Below, piece by piece: positions 35,955 to 46,079 of a stretch of DNA of 64,000 nt (its first letter is position 1; the number at the start of each line of letters is the position of its first letter). The notes beneath the pieces were generated by a model. It was not told the DNA's origin and made no database searches. It saw only the letters and a list, made by a program, of their open reading frames with translations. The stretch lies in sequence record LC819007.1; one strand, 5' to 3'. The translations under genes and the position numbers were made by a program.

Positions 35955-38741
35955 TTACAGCTTGCAGGCGCCGCCACCGCACGCGTCTTCCTGTTCGGAT
36001 TCAACGTACTCCACATCCGGCATGGAGAACAGCTTGATCCATGCTTCTGTGTTCCAGACGTGCCAGCTGTTGCCGATCAGATAGCTGTCGCCGAACTGGT
36101 CACCCGTACTGGGCAAGTCACCGACACGCGCTACCGTACCGCGGAACTTCACGAGACAGTCCGTACCGAAGAGTTCACGTGCGACTGCGAACTTCTCTTC
36201 CGCTTCCGCGTAAGCTGACGGCTGCTTCACTTCAAACGACACGGCGTCTCCCGACGCTGCTTTGCTGATTGCCAGTGCAGCAATTTCTTCTGCACCCGGC
36301 GCGTAACCCGGAATGCCGCCACTGCTCAGATCCAGCGGTGGTTGCTTGGCACTGAAGTCGTGATCAGCCGGAAGCAGTGCCTTCACGACCTTGCTTTCTG
36401 CCGCCACTGCCGCGATCACGTGTTCCGCATCATTCGCCGCTGCTGCTTCCGTGGCTTTCGCCGCTTCTGCCGCACCCGGGATCTTGTCCACCAACGAAAC
36501 TGCCGCCGCCGTATCCTTGACCTTCGGACGCAGCGTGTTGGTGTAGTAGCGGCTCTTCATACCCCGCATGATCATGTACAGGAAATTCCGAACCACTTCT
36601 TCTTCCGAGACCTTCGTCTCACCCGACTTGAACTTGCGATACAGATCCGCCGAGATGCCCTGGTCCGTCCACTTCTGCATCACTGCATAGCAGTCGATCA
36701 GGTCTTCGGTTGCGATGTCCCACGCCGATTGATACGCGTCGCCGAGGATATCGCCGTCCACCGCCGCCCAGCGAATCATGTTGTTGTCGCCATCGCCCTT
36801 GGTGATCACCACCGAACGGATCGGGTAGACCGAGTTGGTCGAGCCCAACGCCTTCGAGGACGATTCGCCCGGCATCATGGACGACAGCACGCTGTGACCG
36901 AGCCCGCCGTTGTCGATCAGTTGCTGCTTCACAGCAGCCCAGTCGTACACGTTCTCGAACGATGCGATCTTGTCGACGTTCTTGTTGTACGTGTCGAGCG
37001 GCGTCCAGCCTTCCGGCCACTTCGTCTTGTGCATCCACGGCGCAACACCACGCTCCTTCGAGATCTTGATCGAAGCCTGGATCAGGAAGTACATGTGACG
37101 TTCGAACACACGGTGAATTTCCTGCTTGCCTTCCACCGTATCCCAGCGCAGACCCTTGCGAGCCATGTGCGTGGCCAGACCCATGATACCGACGCCGGCG
37201 TTCATCCGTTGCTTGGCCGTATAGGCCAGGTGCGGGAACGGGTACTTGCCGTTCAGAACCGTGAAGTCGATCATCTTCAGCGCGTAGTAGCAGGCGTCGA
37301 AGTAGTCGGCGTCATCCGTGATGTTCTCGATCGGGATCGCGGCCAGGTTACACATGGCAATTTCGCCACGGCCGTGATCTTCGTAGCTGTACAGATCGCG
37401 CATGTCGTAGTACGGGGCCTGGATCTCGAAGATTTCCTGGCACAGGTTCGACGAATGGATGCGATGCGTCGGCGTGATCTTGAACGGCGTATGGCGGTTC
37501 GCTTCGTGGATGTTCGTCAGGTACGCCGTACCCGTGTCGAACGCTTCCGCGAACGAGTGCAGCACCAGCTTGCGCGCCGAGATGTACTTCTTCGGGAACA
37601 GCGGATCGTTCTCGTACTTGTTGTACAGTTCGACGAAGCCCTTGATGTCGTCCGAGAAGAACTTGTCGAAGAGATCCGGCGCCGAGAACTTCGTGAACGT
37701 GAAGATGTCTTCCGACTTCTGCACCTTCGCCGCGAACCACGGATTCACCAGCATCGAGAAGTGCAGTTCGCGCAACTGCTTGTCCGCCGGTTGCAGCGGA
37801 TTGCGGTATTGCACGATGTCCACAGCTTCCGGATCGAATGCGGAGAAGCTCGTCGTTCCAGCACCAGCACGGGCAGCTTGCTTGTTCGCGATGGTCGCTT
37901 CAGCATTGGCCTTGTAGTAGCGGTACTTGCCCGCGTGCTTGACGCGGCCCTTGGCAACCGGGTCGCCGACGGTACGCGTGTTGATGAACGAACCGAGACC
38001 AGCCGAGTTCACGGTCATTTTGTACGCAATGTGGTCGCCAATCGCGAGCGACTCCGCGTCGTCGTCCGACGTGAAGATGCAGCACGAGGCGTAACCGTTG
38101 TGCGTCGAGCCCAGGTACAGGTAGTTCGGCGTCGGTGCCGAGAGCTTCTTGCCCGAGAGCTTTTCGTAGAACTTGCGCACGTGCATCATGCGCTGAGCCT
38201 TCGGCTCTTTCTCGGCGAGTTGCATCGCCATACGCATGTACAGGTGCTGCGGCGTTTCGAAGATCTCGCCGGTGGCGTGATTGCGAATCGCGTACTTGTC
38301 ACGGATCTGCTTCAGCGCAAATTCCGGATAGAAGAAATCCCGGGTATGGTCGATGATCGATTCGATCTTCGCGTATTCTTCACGCGAGTAGTTCAGTTTG
38401 CACATCAGGCCCAGTTCTTCGCTGGCCAAGCGCGTGTGTTGTTCGTAGACGGTCGGCGGGGTGATGCTACCGTAGACGTCCTTGCGGTACACGGTCGCAA
38501 ACAGGCGTCCGGCCATCAAATACGCAGGCCACGTCCGGATTGCGAGCAACTCTTCGATCAGCGCGAGCATCAGTTCACGCGTGGAGGCCTTCTCGGGTAG
38601 CTTCGCGACAGCGGCCAGCGCCGCTTGAGACCAGTCCACACGGTTCGAAAGGTGATTGGCGGCCCATTCGCCCCAGCCATTCAGCTTGCCTGGGATCATA
38701 GGCTCTTCAGAGCCATTTCGCTTGATAAGAGTCTGCAACAT
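35955..38741 (-). CDS. nrdA: Ribonucleotide reductase class Ia alpha subunit with extended C-terminal tail
   Basis: ASCC, SSNLCQEI, MPGESSS, KSRYY motifs; C-terminal CGGGACKL cysteine pair. Confidence 0.95.
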   Translation of the reverse strand: MLQTLIKRNGSEEPMIPGKLNGWGEWAANHLSNRVDWSQAALAAVAKLPEKASTRELMLALIEELLAIRTWPAYLMAGRLFATVYRKDVYGSITPPTVYEQHTRLASEELGLMCKLNYSREEYAKIESIIDHTRDFFYPEFALKQIRDKYAIRNHATGEIFETPQHLYMRMAMQLAEKEPKAQRMMHVRKFYEKLSGKKLSAPTPNYLYLGSTHNGYASCCIFTSDDDAESLAIGDHIAYKMTVNSAGLGSFINTRTVGDPVAKGRVKHAGKYRYYKANAEATIANKQAARAGAGTTSFSAFDPEAVDIVQYRNPLQPADKQLRELHFSMLVNPWFAAKVQKSEDIFTFTKFSAPDLFDKFFSDDIKGFVELYNKYENDPLFPKKYISARKLVLHSFAEAFDTGTAYLTNIHEANRHTPFKITPTHRIHSSNLCQEIFEIQAPYYDMRDLYSYEDHGRGEIAMCNLAAIPIENITDDADYFDACYYALKMIDFTVLNGKYPFPHLAYTAKQRMNAGVGIMGLATHMARKGLRWDTVEGKQEIHRVFERHMYFLIQASIKISKERGVAPWMHKTKWPEGWTPLDTYNKNVDKIASFENVYDWAAVKQQLIDNGGLGHSVLSSMMPGESSSKALGSTNSVYPIRSVVITKGDGDNNMIRWAAVDGDILGDAYQSAWDIATEDLIDCYAVMQKWTDQGISADLYRKFKSGETKVSEEEVVRNFLYMIMRGMKSRYYTNTLRPKVKDTAAAVSLVDKIPGAAEAAKATEAAAANDAEHVIAAVAAESKVVKALLPADHDFSAKQPPLDLSSGGIPGYAPGAEEIAALAISKAASGDAVSFEVKQPSAYAEAEEKFAVARELFGTDCLVKFRGTVARVGDLPSTGDQFGDSYLIGNSWHVWNTEAWIKLFSMPDVEYVESEQEDACGGGACKL

Positions 38742-38993
38742 AATCGTGTTTTTGGAGAGAAATGGTTAATGTGTGCTTAAACAATGGGAGAACGATGGCT
38801 TCTCCAACACACGAAGGATCAGTCCGGTAATTTTACCATGACGCATAAGGCGGCCAGTCGACACGAACGGGTTTCGTCGTGTCTTTAGAGGGGTTAGTCA
38901 CACCCTCCTCTCGGCTTCGGCATACCATAAAGTACAAAAAAATAAGAGCCGGCATAAAACCCCGTGAGCCACGAGGGCTCACGGGGCTAGGCC

Positions 38994-39443
38994 TTAGTTA
39001 GGCACGATAATGCGCGATTCGTCGGGCTCTTCCACGGGTTCCGGGACTGGAAAATGGACCAGCATAGGCGCAAATTCCACATTCTCGTTGACCGTGCAGG
39101 TTCCTGCCAGCATAGCCTTGGGCTGAATGGTGATCTGCCCGCGTTTGAGGTCCAGCGAGTAGCAGTACATCACGCGAAAACGATCTTCTTCCGTCCAAAC
39201 CGAGAGATCCTGACGATCGGCCAGCACTTCATGCGAATTCATCATGAAGTTCAGGTCCAGAAACAGCGTGGAGGCCATTACAGCCGCGTGTTTCTTCTGA
39301 TCCTCACGATTCCCGAGGCACTGCTCCAGCACTGCGGCCTTTCCCTCGCAGAATTGCAGCAATTTCTTCAGCTGCGGGTCAGGATTCTTGTGCACCTCGT
39401 CCGCCATCTTCGACAGAAAGGCGATTTCGCCACGCTTATCCAT
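38994..39443 (-). CDS. Conserved hypothetical protein (149 aa)
   Basis: Start MDKRGE overlaps stop of 39436..40020. Confidence 0.75.
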   Translation of the reverse strand: MDKRGEIAFLSKMADEVHKNPDPQLKKLLQFCEGKAAVLEQCLGNREDQKKHAAVMASTLFLDLNFMMNSHEVLADRQDLSVWTEEDRFRVMYCYSLDLKRGQITIQPKAMLAGTCTVNENVEFAPMLVHFPVPEPVEEPDESRIIVPN

Positions 39444-40020
39444 TACAAAGCCTATTTCCTTCAGCGTCTTCAAGCGCGCTGTGTATTTGAGTTGGGTTAC
39501 ACATCTGAAACACCACCAAACCGTTGTCCCAGATGTCTGCGAGTCGATAGACACTACCGAAGTCCATCACCGCCGGGCTTTTGAAGCGTTGCAGTACACT
39601 GATGATCGTGCCGATAAACTTCTGCAGCGCAGCGGTGAGCATAATCAATTGCTCTTGGACTTGTTCCTCGATGATCCGCGGATCTGATAGACGACTCCGG
39701 ACTCCTTGACGTAGGGCTTCGATATCTCGGGAGGTAATGAACTCGTCCGTGACGGCGACAACGCTCTCCCAATCGCAGTAATAATAGCAAGCCAGATCGA
39801 TGACATCTGCAACCTCCACTTGTAGACAGGGCGGAACACTCGTGATGAACCGCACGATCTCGTCACGTATAGTAATCGAGAAACGTGCGGGCATGCGCTC
39901 CAGAACACGCGGATAGTGACAATCGAACTCTTCTACCGCGTAGATTGGGATGAAGTCAAAGAGACCTTGATCCACCCCCAACGTGAAATACCGATCATCA
40001 CCATTTGGGACTATCATCAT
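39436..40020 (-). CDS. Hypothetical protein (194 aa)
   Basis: ORF track. Confidence 0.75.
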   Translation of the reverse strand: MMIVPNGDDRYFTLGVDQGLFDFIPIYAVEEFDCHYPRVLERMPARFSITIRDEIVRFITSVPPCLQVEVADVIDLACYYYCDWESVVAVTDEFITSRDIEALRQGVRSRLSDPRIIEEQVQEQLIMLTAALQKFIGTIISVLQRFKSPAVMDFGSVYRLADIWDNGLVVFQMCNPTQIHSALEDAEGNRLCNG

Positions 40021-41248
40021 ACGGTATCATGTTATCGACGGGTTTGCTACCGTCAGCATTGACCCATTTGTCGTTCTCGTCGAAAGACCCGAACTCTTCA
40101 ATTGGGTCCGGCGGAATGGGTTTCCATGTTGCACCGGATTCCTTGAACGCCTTGTCACGGGCCGCTTCTTCAGCGAACTCTCGCTCGATAAGAATGCGCT
40201 CCATGTCCTCACCAGTAGGATCGGGTCGCCACGTCGCGCCCGACTGCTTAAACGCCTGCTCTCGCCGGTAGTTCTCGTACAGTTCCTGGATCTCGTCCCA
40301 GCGATCCAGTTCACCATCACTAGTGTTCCGGTAATTCGGGCTGTTCGGATCGAGAATCTCCAGTACCTTGGCATGAAGCGCCGCTGCATCCGAATCATCA
40401 GCGCGAACAGGCTGGCTGAGCTTGAAGCTCTTCTGAGCCAGTGTCCCGATATCGGTCTGGATCGTAGTGACTCGCAAACCGTTCGGGCTGGTGTGGCCCT
40501 CGATCGTGAAGTTACCCGTCAAAGGCGGCATTGAATCTAGCAGGCTATCGCCCACCCGCAAGGTCATGTCAACGGTGCCGTCCGGATTGACGTATCCCTC
40601 GCCAGTAGGGTCGCCCGAAAGCAAACCCTTCACCGGCTGATCGATATACTCGCGGCCACCGTAAGCTTCGACGAACTGTTCGTACGTCTTCAGCTGCAGC
40701 ACTATAATGCCACGCGCATACTCCGCGACGCCATAGATCGATTCGCTCTCCACAATGGGAAAGCGTGCGTTGATCAAATAACGCTGCACGACGCTCGCGA
40801 TCTCGTAGAGCACGTCCATCGAGTTGGTGAAGGGACCACCGCCGAGGATGGCTGATGTGTCACTGTCTTCCAGTCCGAGCCTCGCTTGGATCTCAGCAGC
40901 CACCTCGTTTTCGAATGCACCCCAGAGCATATCCGGGATGTCCGATTCATTACCGAGGCAGTCTGTGACGATCTCAGCGATACGTCTGACATCAAGCGCA
41001 CCTACACCGTCAATGCTGATCACCCGCAGGTACTTGGCAATGTCGCTCACGTCGATAAAAACGATGAACGGCAAGTCCTTGACGCAGTAGAGATACTCGT
41101 CCTTGTTGGCGAAGTCATCAAAGGACACCTTGGGCGTGTCCATGATGTCTGCGGGCATAATCGGTTGCCGGAAGAAGTTGTCGTCCTTCTGGTACTTCAG
41201 CACGCCACGGTCTTCTGGCGGCTCTTGGTCCTGTTCAAGTATAGTCAC
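39998..41248 (-). CDS. Acidic hypothetical protein (416 aa) with a short C-terminal duplication
   Basis: ORF track; (E/D).AFK(Q/E)SGATW(R/K)P occurs twice. Confidence 0.8.
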   Translation of the reverse strand: MTILEQDQEPPEDRGVLKYQKDDNFFRQPIMPADIMDTPKVSFDDFANKDEYLYCVKDLPFIVFIDVSDIAKYLRVISIDGVGALDVRRIAEIVTDCLGNESDIPDMLWGAFENEVAAEIQARLGLEDSDTSAILGGGPFTNSMDVLYEIASVVQRYLINARFPIVESESIYGVAEYARGIIVLQLKTYEQFVEAYGGREYIDQPVKGLLSGDPTGEGYVNPDGTVDMTLRVGDSLLDSMPPLTGNFTIEGHTSPNGLRVTTIQTDIGTLAQKSFKLSQPVRADDSDAAALHAKVLEILDPNSPNYRNTSDGELDRWDEIQELYENYRREQAFKQSGATWRPDPTGEDMERILIEREFAEEAARDKAFKESGATWKPIPPDPIEEFGSFDENDKWVNADGSKPVDNMIPYDDSPKW

Positions 41249-41249
41249 G

Positions 41250-41732
41250 TTACATCCTTTTCATTACGAATTCTACGAGATCCATGGCGCCCAGCTTCTC
41301 AAAGATCATGAGCTTTTGATTGGAGCGGGCAACACGATAAGGGAAGAAATCCTCAAAGTCGTGCGTCACGCGATTCATCAATTCCTCGTACTTGTTAAGA
41401 AAAGCGGCGTCTACCACTTCATCGACCATAGGCGTCATGCCCGCGCCTCGTCCAGTGACAAGTATCCGGCGCGACATATCGTTGCCGTGCCAGAGTTGCA
41501 GCGCGCTGGTCAGATCAAGACACTTCTCGCCCCACACATCGGCAGGCACCAGGGTATAGGCCTTCTGCATCACTGCGTTGTTGTGCGTGATGAGATGTTT
41601 GGGATAGCGGAGCACGGTATCAAACAGAAACTTCAATTCCGTGCGCGTGGTGCGCGGTAGACTCAGCTGACGGGCGCTATCGTTCAAGACTGCATCATTG
41701 GAGAGGTCGTCCAGGTCGGTGAGACGTCTCAT
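41250..41732 (-). CDS. Hypothetical protein (160 aa)
   Basis: ORF track. Confidence 0.75.
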   Translation of the reverse strand: MRRLTDLDDLSNDAVLNDSARQLSLPRTTRTELKFLFDTVLRYPKHLITHNNAVMQKAYTLVPADVWGEKCLDLTSALQLWHGNDMSRRILVTGRGAGMTPMVDEVVDAAFLNKYEELMNRVTHDFEDFFPYRVARSNQKLMIFEKLGAMDLVEFVMKRM

Positions 41733-41830
41733 ATCTCCCTCCTAAGAAATATACACAGAATCCCCGCTCGTTGTAAAAACGGGCGTGACGGCATAAAAGC
41801 CAGACTGCCCGAAGGCAATCCGGCCAGCAA

Positions 41831-42148
41831 TCAGTAATTCGGTCGTTCGATGGCGAAACCGAAGGGTTGGCCGGCGAATCCCATCGCCGCCATGTTCACA
41901 CGCATTTCGTCTTCCGACTCACCTTCGATCACGATGGGAGTGTCGAAGAGGTCCGGATTCAGACGGCGCATCGCGCTGATCGTGTCAGCGTCGTGGGTGG
42001 TATGCGTCGGGTATTCGACCGCAACATTCACGTCACGGAAACCGGACTGGCGGAGAGCCGCAGCAACCACGGTGCAGAGTTGGCTATTTTCTTCAGCCGT
42101 ACCGCCATTGACAGCGATGGACATGCCGGCAGCGAAATTGTTGAACAT
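41831..42148 (-). CDS. Hypothetical protein (105 aa)
   Basis: ORF track; ends at terminator 41790. Confidence 0.75.
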   Translation of the reverse strand: MFNNFAAGMSIAVNGGTAEENSQLCTVVAAALRQSGFRDVNVAVEYPTHTTHDADTISAMRRLNPDLFDTPIVIEGESEDEMRVNMAAMGFAGQPFGFAIERPNY

Positions 42149-42290
42149 GATGGGCTTTGCGATGTTGAGGTGTTAAGAAGCGTCGGTGAGTGGTTTTATG
42201 GACCGACGGTGCTATGAAGAAGGGGACTGAGGAGGTGGCTCAGTTCCCCTTGCGCATAACAATGATGCTTGTGTTTTTCTTTGCAGAAAA

Positions 42291-42560
42291 TCAGCTGTCA
42301 GACATGTGATTCAGCGCGTCCTGGTTGCGCATTTCGTGACACACCTGATCCAGATCACTCATCGTTTCCTTCAGCACGTCAACGCACTGCTGGTGGAAAT
42401 CGATCTTGTACTGATCCCCGCGCTGGATACGGTCACGCCACTTCGGATACTTCTCGTGCTCCTTGCCGTGTTTGGCATGGAGCGCTTTATGCCGGTCCAG
42501 CTGCGACTGGTGATAGGCGAGGAGGTCTTGCAGGTTTTTGATCTTAACGGAATTGGTCAT
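42291..42560 (-). CDS. Hypothetical protein (89 aa)
   Basis: ORF track. Confidence 0.7.
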   Translation of the reverse strand: MTNSVKIKNLQDLLAYHQSQLDRHKALHAKHGKEHEKYPKWRDRIQRGDQYKIDFHQQCVDVLKETMSDLDQVCHEMRNQDALNHMSDS

Positions 42561-42652
42561 GGCATCATAATTCTGGAAAAAGCCCCGGGAGAGACGGACG
42601 TGAACATGTCTCTCCCGGGGAAAACCCTCCCCCCGGAGGGTTTGGAGATACG

Positions 42653-44608
42653 TTACGCGAAGAAACTGAGGAACGTGCGATAGTCGATGATCTCGACGCC
42701 GAGCATGGTGGCCTTGCGAACCTTGGAGCCCGCAGATTCACCCGCTACCACGTAATCGGTTTTCGCACTGACACTACCAGCTACTTGACCACCGGCTGCG
42801 AGCACGCGGTTTTCCAACGAGTCCTTGGTTTCCGGGAACTTGCCCGAGAAGACAAAGGTCTTGTCTGCCACGCCCATGACCTTGACGATATCGCCCATCT
42901 CTTCGATCTGCAGATGCACGTACAGATCCATGGCGTCCTGCTTCTTCTGTGCGTTCGAAAAGAAGTTGGCGATGTTCGCGGCGGTGCTGGGTCCAACGTC
43001 CGGTGCCTTGAGTTCGAGCACCTTCTCAGGCGTGTCGAGTTCAAAGAGGGCTGCATGTCGATGGATACGTTGCGCCAGCTTACGAGCGGTCGACTTACCC
43101 ACCTCCAGAATCCCCAGAGACATGATAAAACGGTCCATGGTGGTGCTGGTGGAGGCAGCGATAGCCCAACGTAGCTTCTCGGCTGAGTAAGCCGTGTAGC
43201 CATCGAGCGACTCGATCTCAGCGACAGTGAGCCTGTACAGATCGGCTGTACGATGAACGATCCCGGCCTTGAGCATCAGGTCAATCGTGTTCTCGGCGAG
43301 ACCGTCGATGTCCAACACATCTCTGGACACGGCGTAGGCAATGCTGGCCACGGCTTGCGCCTCACAGCGAGAGTTGTCGCAGTAATACGCGGCACCCCGC
43401 TTGACCACACTGCCCGTACAGCACGGACACACTGCAGGGAACAACACAGGGCGAGCCTCGGGTGACGCACTGAGCAACTTACCAAAGTGCGGAATCACGT
43501 CACCCGAACGATACACCTCGTAGTTGTTGCCGATCGCGATCTGCTTCTCGCGAATCCGGTCTTCGTTGTGCAGCGACACCGAGGTTACAACGACACCCAT
43601 AAGTGGCGTTGCGGTGATCTTGGCCACCGGCGCGATTTCACCTGTACGCCCAACCTGGAAAACAACGTCGACGACAGTGCATTCTCCTTTAATTGGAGGA
43701 AACTTGTACGCAAAGGCCCATCGTGGAGAATGCGACGTCTCGCCAAGCTGGACCTGTTTAGCTGTATCGTTAATTTTGAAGACCATCCCGTCAATGTCAA
43801 ACGGGATATCCCCTCGTTCACGAATCTCTGCGATCTGTTCGAACACTTCGTGGATCGCCGATGGCGTAAGCAGGAAGCAACTGAGCATTGAGAACCCGAG
43901 ATTCTTGAGCGTCTCAAGCTTGTCCGTGTATGCGTTGAAGACAAAGTCAGCTCCTTCGATGTCGTAAGGAACGAACGAAATGCCGTGCGTATGCCGACTC
44001 GGTTCATCCCGACCCAGCAACCCCACCACCGCACTGCGACAGTTGGCATAACGTTCTGATAGCGAGTTCATGACTTCTAGCCAGCTCTTCTTGACTAGGG
44101 CTTCCCCACGGATCTCTACCGTTCCCTTGGTGTCAATCCGGTCTCGAACAAACTGCGCTGCGTGCTTGGTAATGTCTTCACCGTATTCGCCGTCTCCACG
44201 CGTGAGCGAGCGAGTGAACATCCCATCGACGTAATGGTTCGATACCGCCATTCCGTCGTACTTGAATTCACCGACAACCTGAACCTCTGGGCCGAACATA
44301 CCAGTCCAGAGATTAATCCACGACTGCGCTTCGTCGCGATCCAACGCATTCTCCAGCGACTGCATCGGGAATTCGTGGCGCAGGTGATCCTTTTCCTTGT
44401 TGCCAGGCTCCACGTAACCAACCTTGTAGGTCGGTGAGAGTTCCAGGGTTTGATCCGGGTTAGCTTGCTCCCAGGCGATCAGGGCTTTACGTGTCTCGTC
44501 GTACTCCGGGTCAGAGATGGGTGATTCTCCGCCCGAATGGTAGATACGATGGTATTCCGCCATTTTACTAGCTAGGCTGACATACTCTAAGTAATTATTG
44601 ATGATCAC
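42653..44608 (-). CDS. ligA: NAD-dependent DNA ligase (own GTG start at 44608; also the C-terminal part of an 862-aa HNH fusion ORF)
   Basis: ISDPEYD, KYDG, TRGDG, EIRGE, DGMVFK, RWAFAYKF, VGRTG, HhH and BRCT; AAGGAG 6 nt before GTG. Confidence 0.93.
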   Translation of the reverse strand: MIINNYLEYVSLASKMAEYHRIYHSGGESPISDPEYDETRKALIAWEQANPDQTLELSPTYKVGYVEPGNKEKDHLRHEFPMQSLENALDRDEAQSWINLWTGMFGPEVQVVGEFKYDGMAVSNHYVDGMFTRSLTRGDGEYGEDITKHAAQFVRDRIDTKGTVEIRGEALVKKSWLEVMNSLSERYANCRSAVVGLLGRDEPSRHTHGISFVPYDIEGADFVFNAYTDKLETLKNLGFSMLSCFLLTPSAIHEVFEQIAEIRERGDIPFDIDGMVFKINDTAKQVQLGETSHSPRWAFAYKFPPIKGECTVVDVVFQVGRTGEIAPVAKITATPLMGVVVTSVSLHNEDRIREKQIAIGNNYEVYRSGDVIPHFGKLLSASPEARPVLFPAVCPCCTGSVVKRGAAYYCDNSRCEAQAVASIAYAVSRDVLDIDGLAENTIDLMLKAGIVHRTADLYRLTVAEIESLDGYTAYSAEKLRWAIAASTSTTMDRFIMSLGILEVGKSTARKLAQRIHRHAALFELDTPEKVLELKAPDVGPSTAANIANFFSNAQKKQDAMDLYVHLQIEEMGDIVKVMGVADKTFVFSGKFPETKDSLENRVLAAGGQVAGSVSAKTDYVVAGESAGSKVRKATMLGVEIIDYRTFLSFFA

Positions 44609-45241
44609 AGCGCTCTCCTTAGACGATCGCTTTTGTTTTGTTCTTTGGATAGCGTCTTCAAAAGACCATCCGTATTTTAGACGACTCTGAACTAGGGTAT
44701 AGTCCAGATCCAATTCGCGACACCACTCAGCCAGTGTTTTCGTTTCCCCGTCAAATTCGAAGCGACGATTTCTACTGGTATTGTTGGCTTGCTCCTGACG
44801 AGTTGCCCACCGACAGTTTTCCTTACAATAGCCTTTGGTCCCATCATTCCGCTCGACCGTATGATCAGGCGAAGGACGGGGACCCATGTCACGATAAAAG
44901 GCGCCAAAATCATCACGCCATTCGTCAGACATGGTGATACCAGCGCCACCGTACTTGTGGTAGTGCTTATGTTTCTCGTAGTAGCAGCGATTCTTGATTC
45001 CTCGCCAGACGACATGTTCAGGCGTTTCGCTAAGCCCATGCGTATAACGATTGTCTTTCTGGAGACATCCGCAGCTTTTCGTCTTGCCGCTCCGCAAACT
45101 ACCCACCAGCACTGTGACCGTGTTTCCACACTCACAGTTGCAAACCCACTGGTATTGACCACCAGTTCCGAGTTCGGGATGTTTGTGTGCGACAGTCAGT
45201 CGGCCGAAGGTCTCGCCTGTTAAGTTAAGGGGAGCTGGCAT
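44609..45241 (-). mobile_element. HNH-family homing endonuclease, fused in frame to ligA
   Basis: NLTG..FGRLTV, CNCECG, KSCGC, YGGAGI, GY..ENCRWAT; no stop before ligA. Confidence 0.85.
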
Positions 45242-45246
45242 GATGC

Positions 45247-45990
45247 TTAAGGTTCTTTGTACTCATCAAGAATGAAGTGCCGCGCAACCATCGCCCCGGG
45301 CGCGTTTGGATATTCGTCACTGACCACGATGCCGCGCAGCGGCAGCATATACGTGTCTTGACCGTGAATCATTTCGTCAACCGTTTTAGCGATAGTCTCG
45401 TAGCAGGCAAACATCGAATACTCGGTTGTCATGGACTTGCCGATGTCTTCGAGGATGTCATCCACGTCTACCGATTGCCCGTCGACATAAAGACGCTCTA
45501 CCCGACACACCACCGACTGGCTAGTGTATTGCGGCAGTCTGCCCAGCCGAATGAACTTACGAACCGCATTCGGCACAGCGTGGGCGGGTAACTGCTTGCG
45601 ACGAAACTGTTGCGGGTCCGAGATCGTCAGAATCACGTGCATCGTGATCTTGCCGTGGTGCGGAATATCAGAAGGCACAAAACGCAGCGCCGTAAGGTCC
45701 GACAGACGCTCGCCCTCTTCTCCCGTTCCCTTCAGGATCAGACTACGGAACTTACCGTCCTGGTAATTGACGCTCGCTTCCAGACCGTAGTTGTCGTACG
45801 AGACGAGAACAGTCCGGTCCTTGTAGTCTGCCATCGCGGCGAGCACATGCTCGACGATATTCTTGCGGTCTACGGTTTCGGTGATAAAGATGGGAAATGC
45901 AACGGGATGTCGCTCGATGCCTCGCACCGGTCCCTCTTTGCCCAACAGGTCTGTGCTGTCGTCGAGTTTCATGATGAAGGCCTCATTCAT
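45247..45990 (-). CDS. Degenerate LigA adenylation-domain paralog (247 aa)
   Basis: Aligns to KYDG..RGDGEYGED region of neighbour, but KYDG reads DNYG. Confidence 0.6.
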   Translation of the reverse strand: MNEAFIMKLDDSTDLLGKEGPVRGIERHPVAFPIFITETVDRKNIVEHVLAAMADYKDRTVLVSYDNYGLEASVNYQDGKFRSLILKGTGEEGERLSDLTALRFVPSDIPHHGKITMHVILTISDPQQFRRKQLPAHAVPNAVRKFIRLGRLPQYTSQSVVCRVERLYVDGQSVDVDDILEDIGKSMTTEYSMFACYETIAKTVDEMIHGQDTYMLPLRGIVVSDEYPNAPGAMVARHFILDEYKEP

Positions 45991-46079
45991 TTTGCAGTAG
46001 ACTCCTTACACTTGAATACCGCTCGTAGTAAAAAGCGGCATAAGACCCAGAGAGCCGAAGCCCTCCGGGTCGTGGCTCT

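Noticed and set aside
36342-38600. 752-aa plus-strand ORF and similar long antisense ORFs (10265, 19487, 23350, 34997, 47431, 48211, 50285, 52900, 54223)
   Set aside because: Each lies opposite a well-supported minus-strand gene with strong codon bias; typical shadow ORFs.
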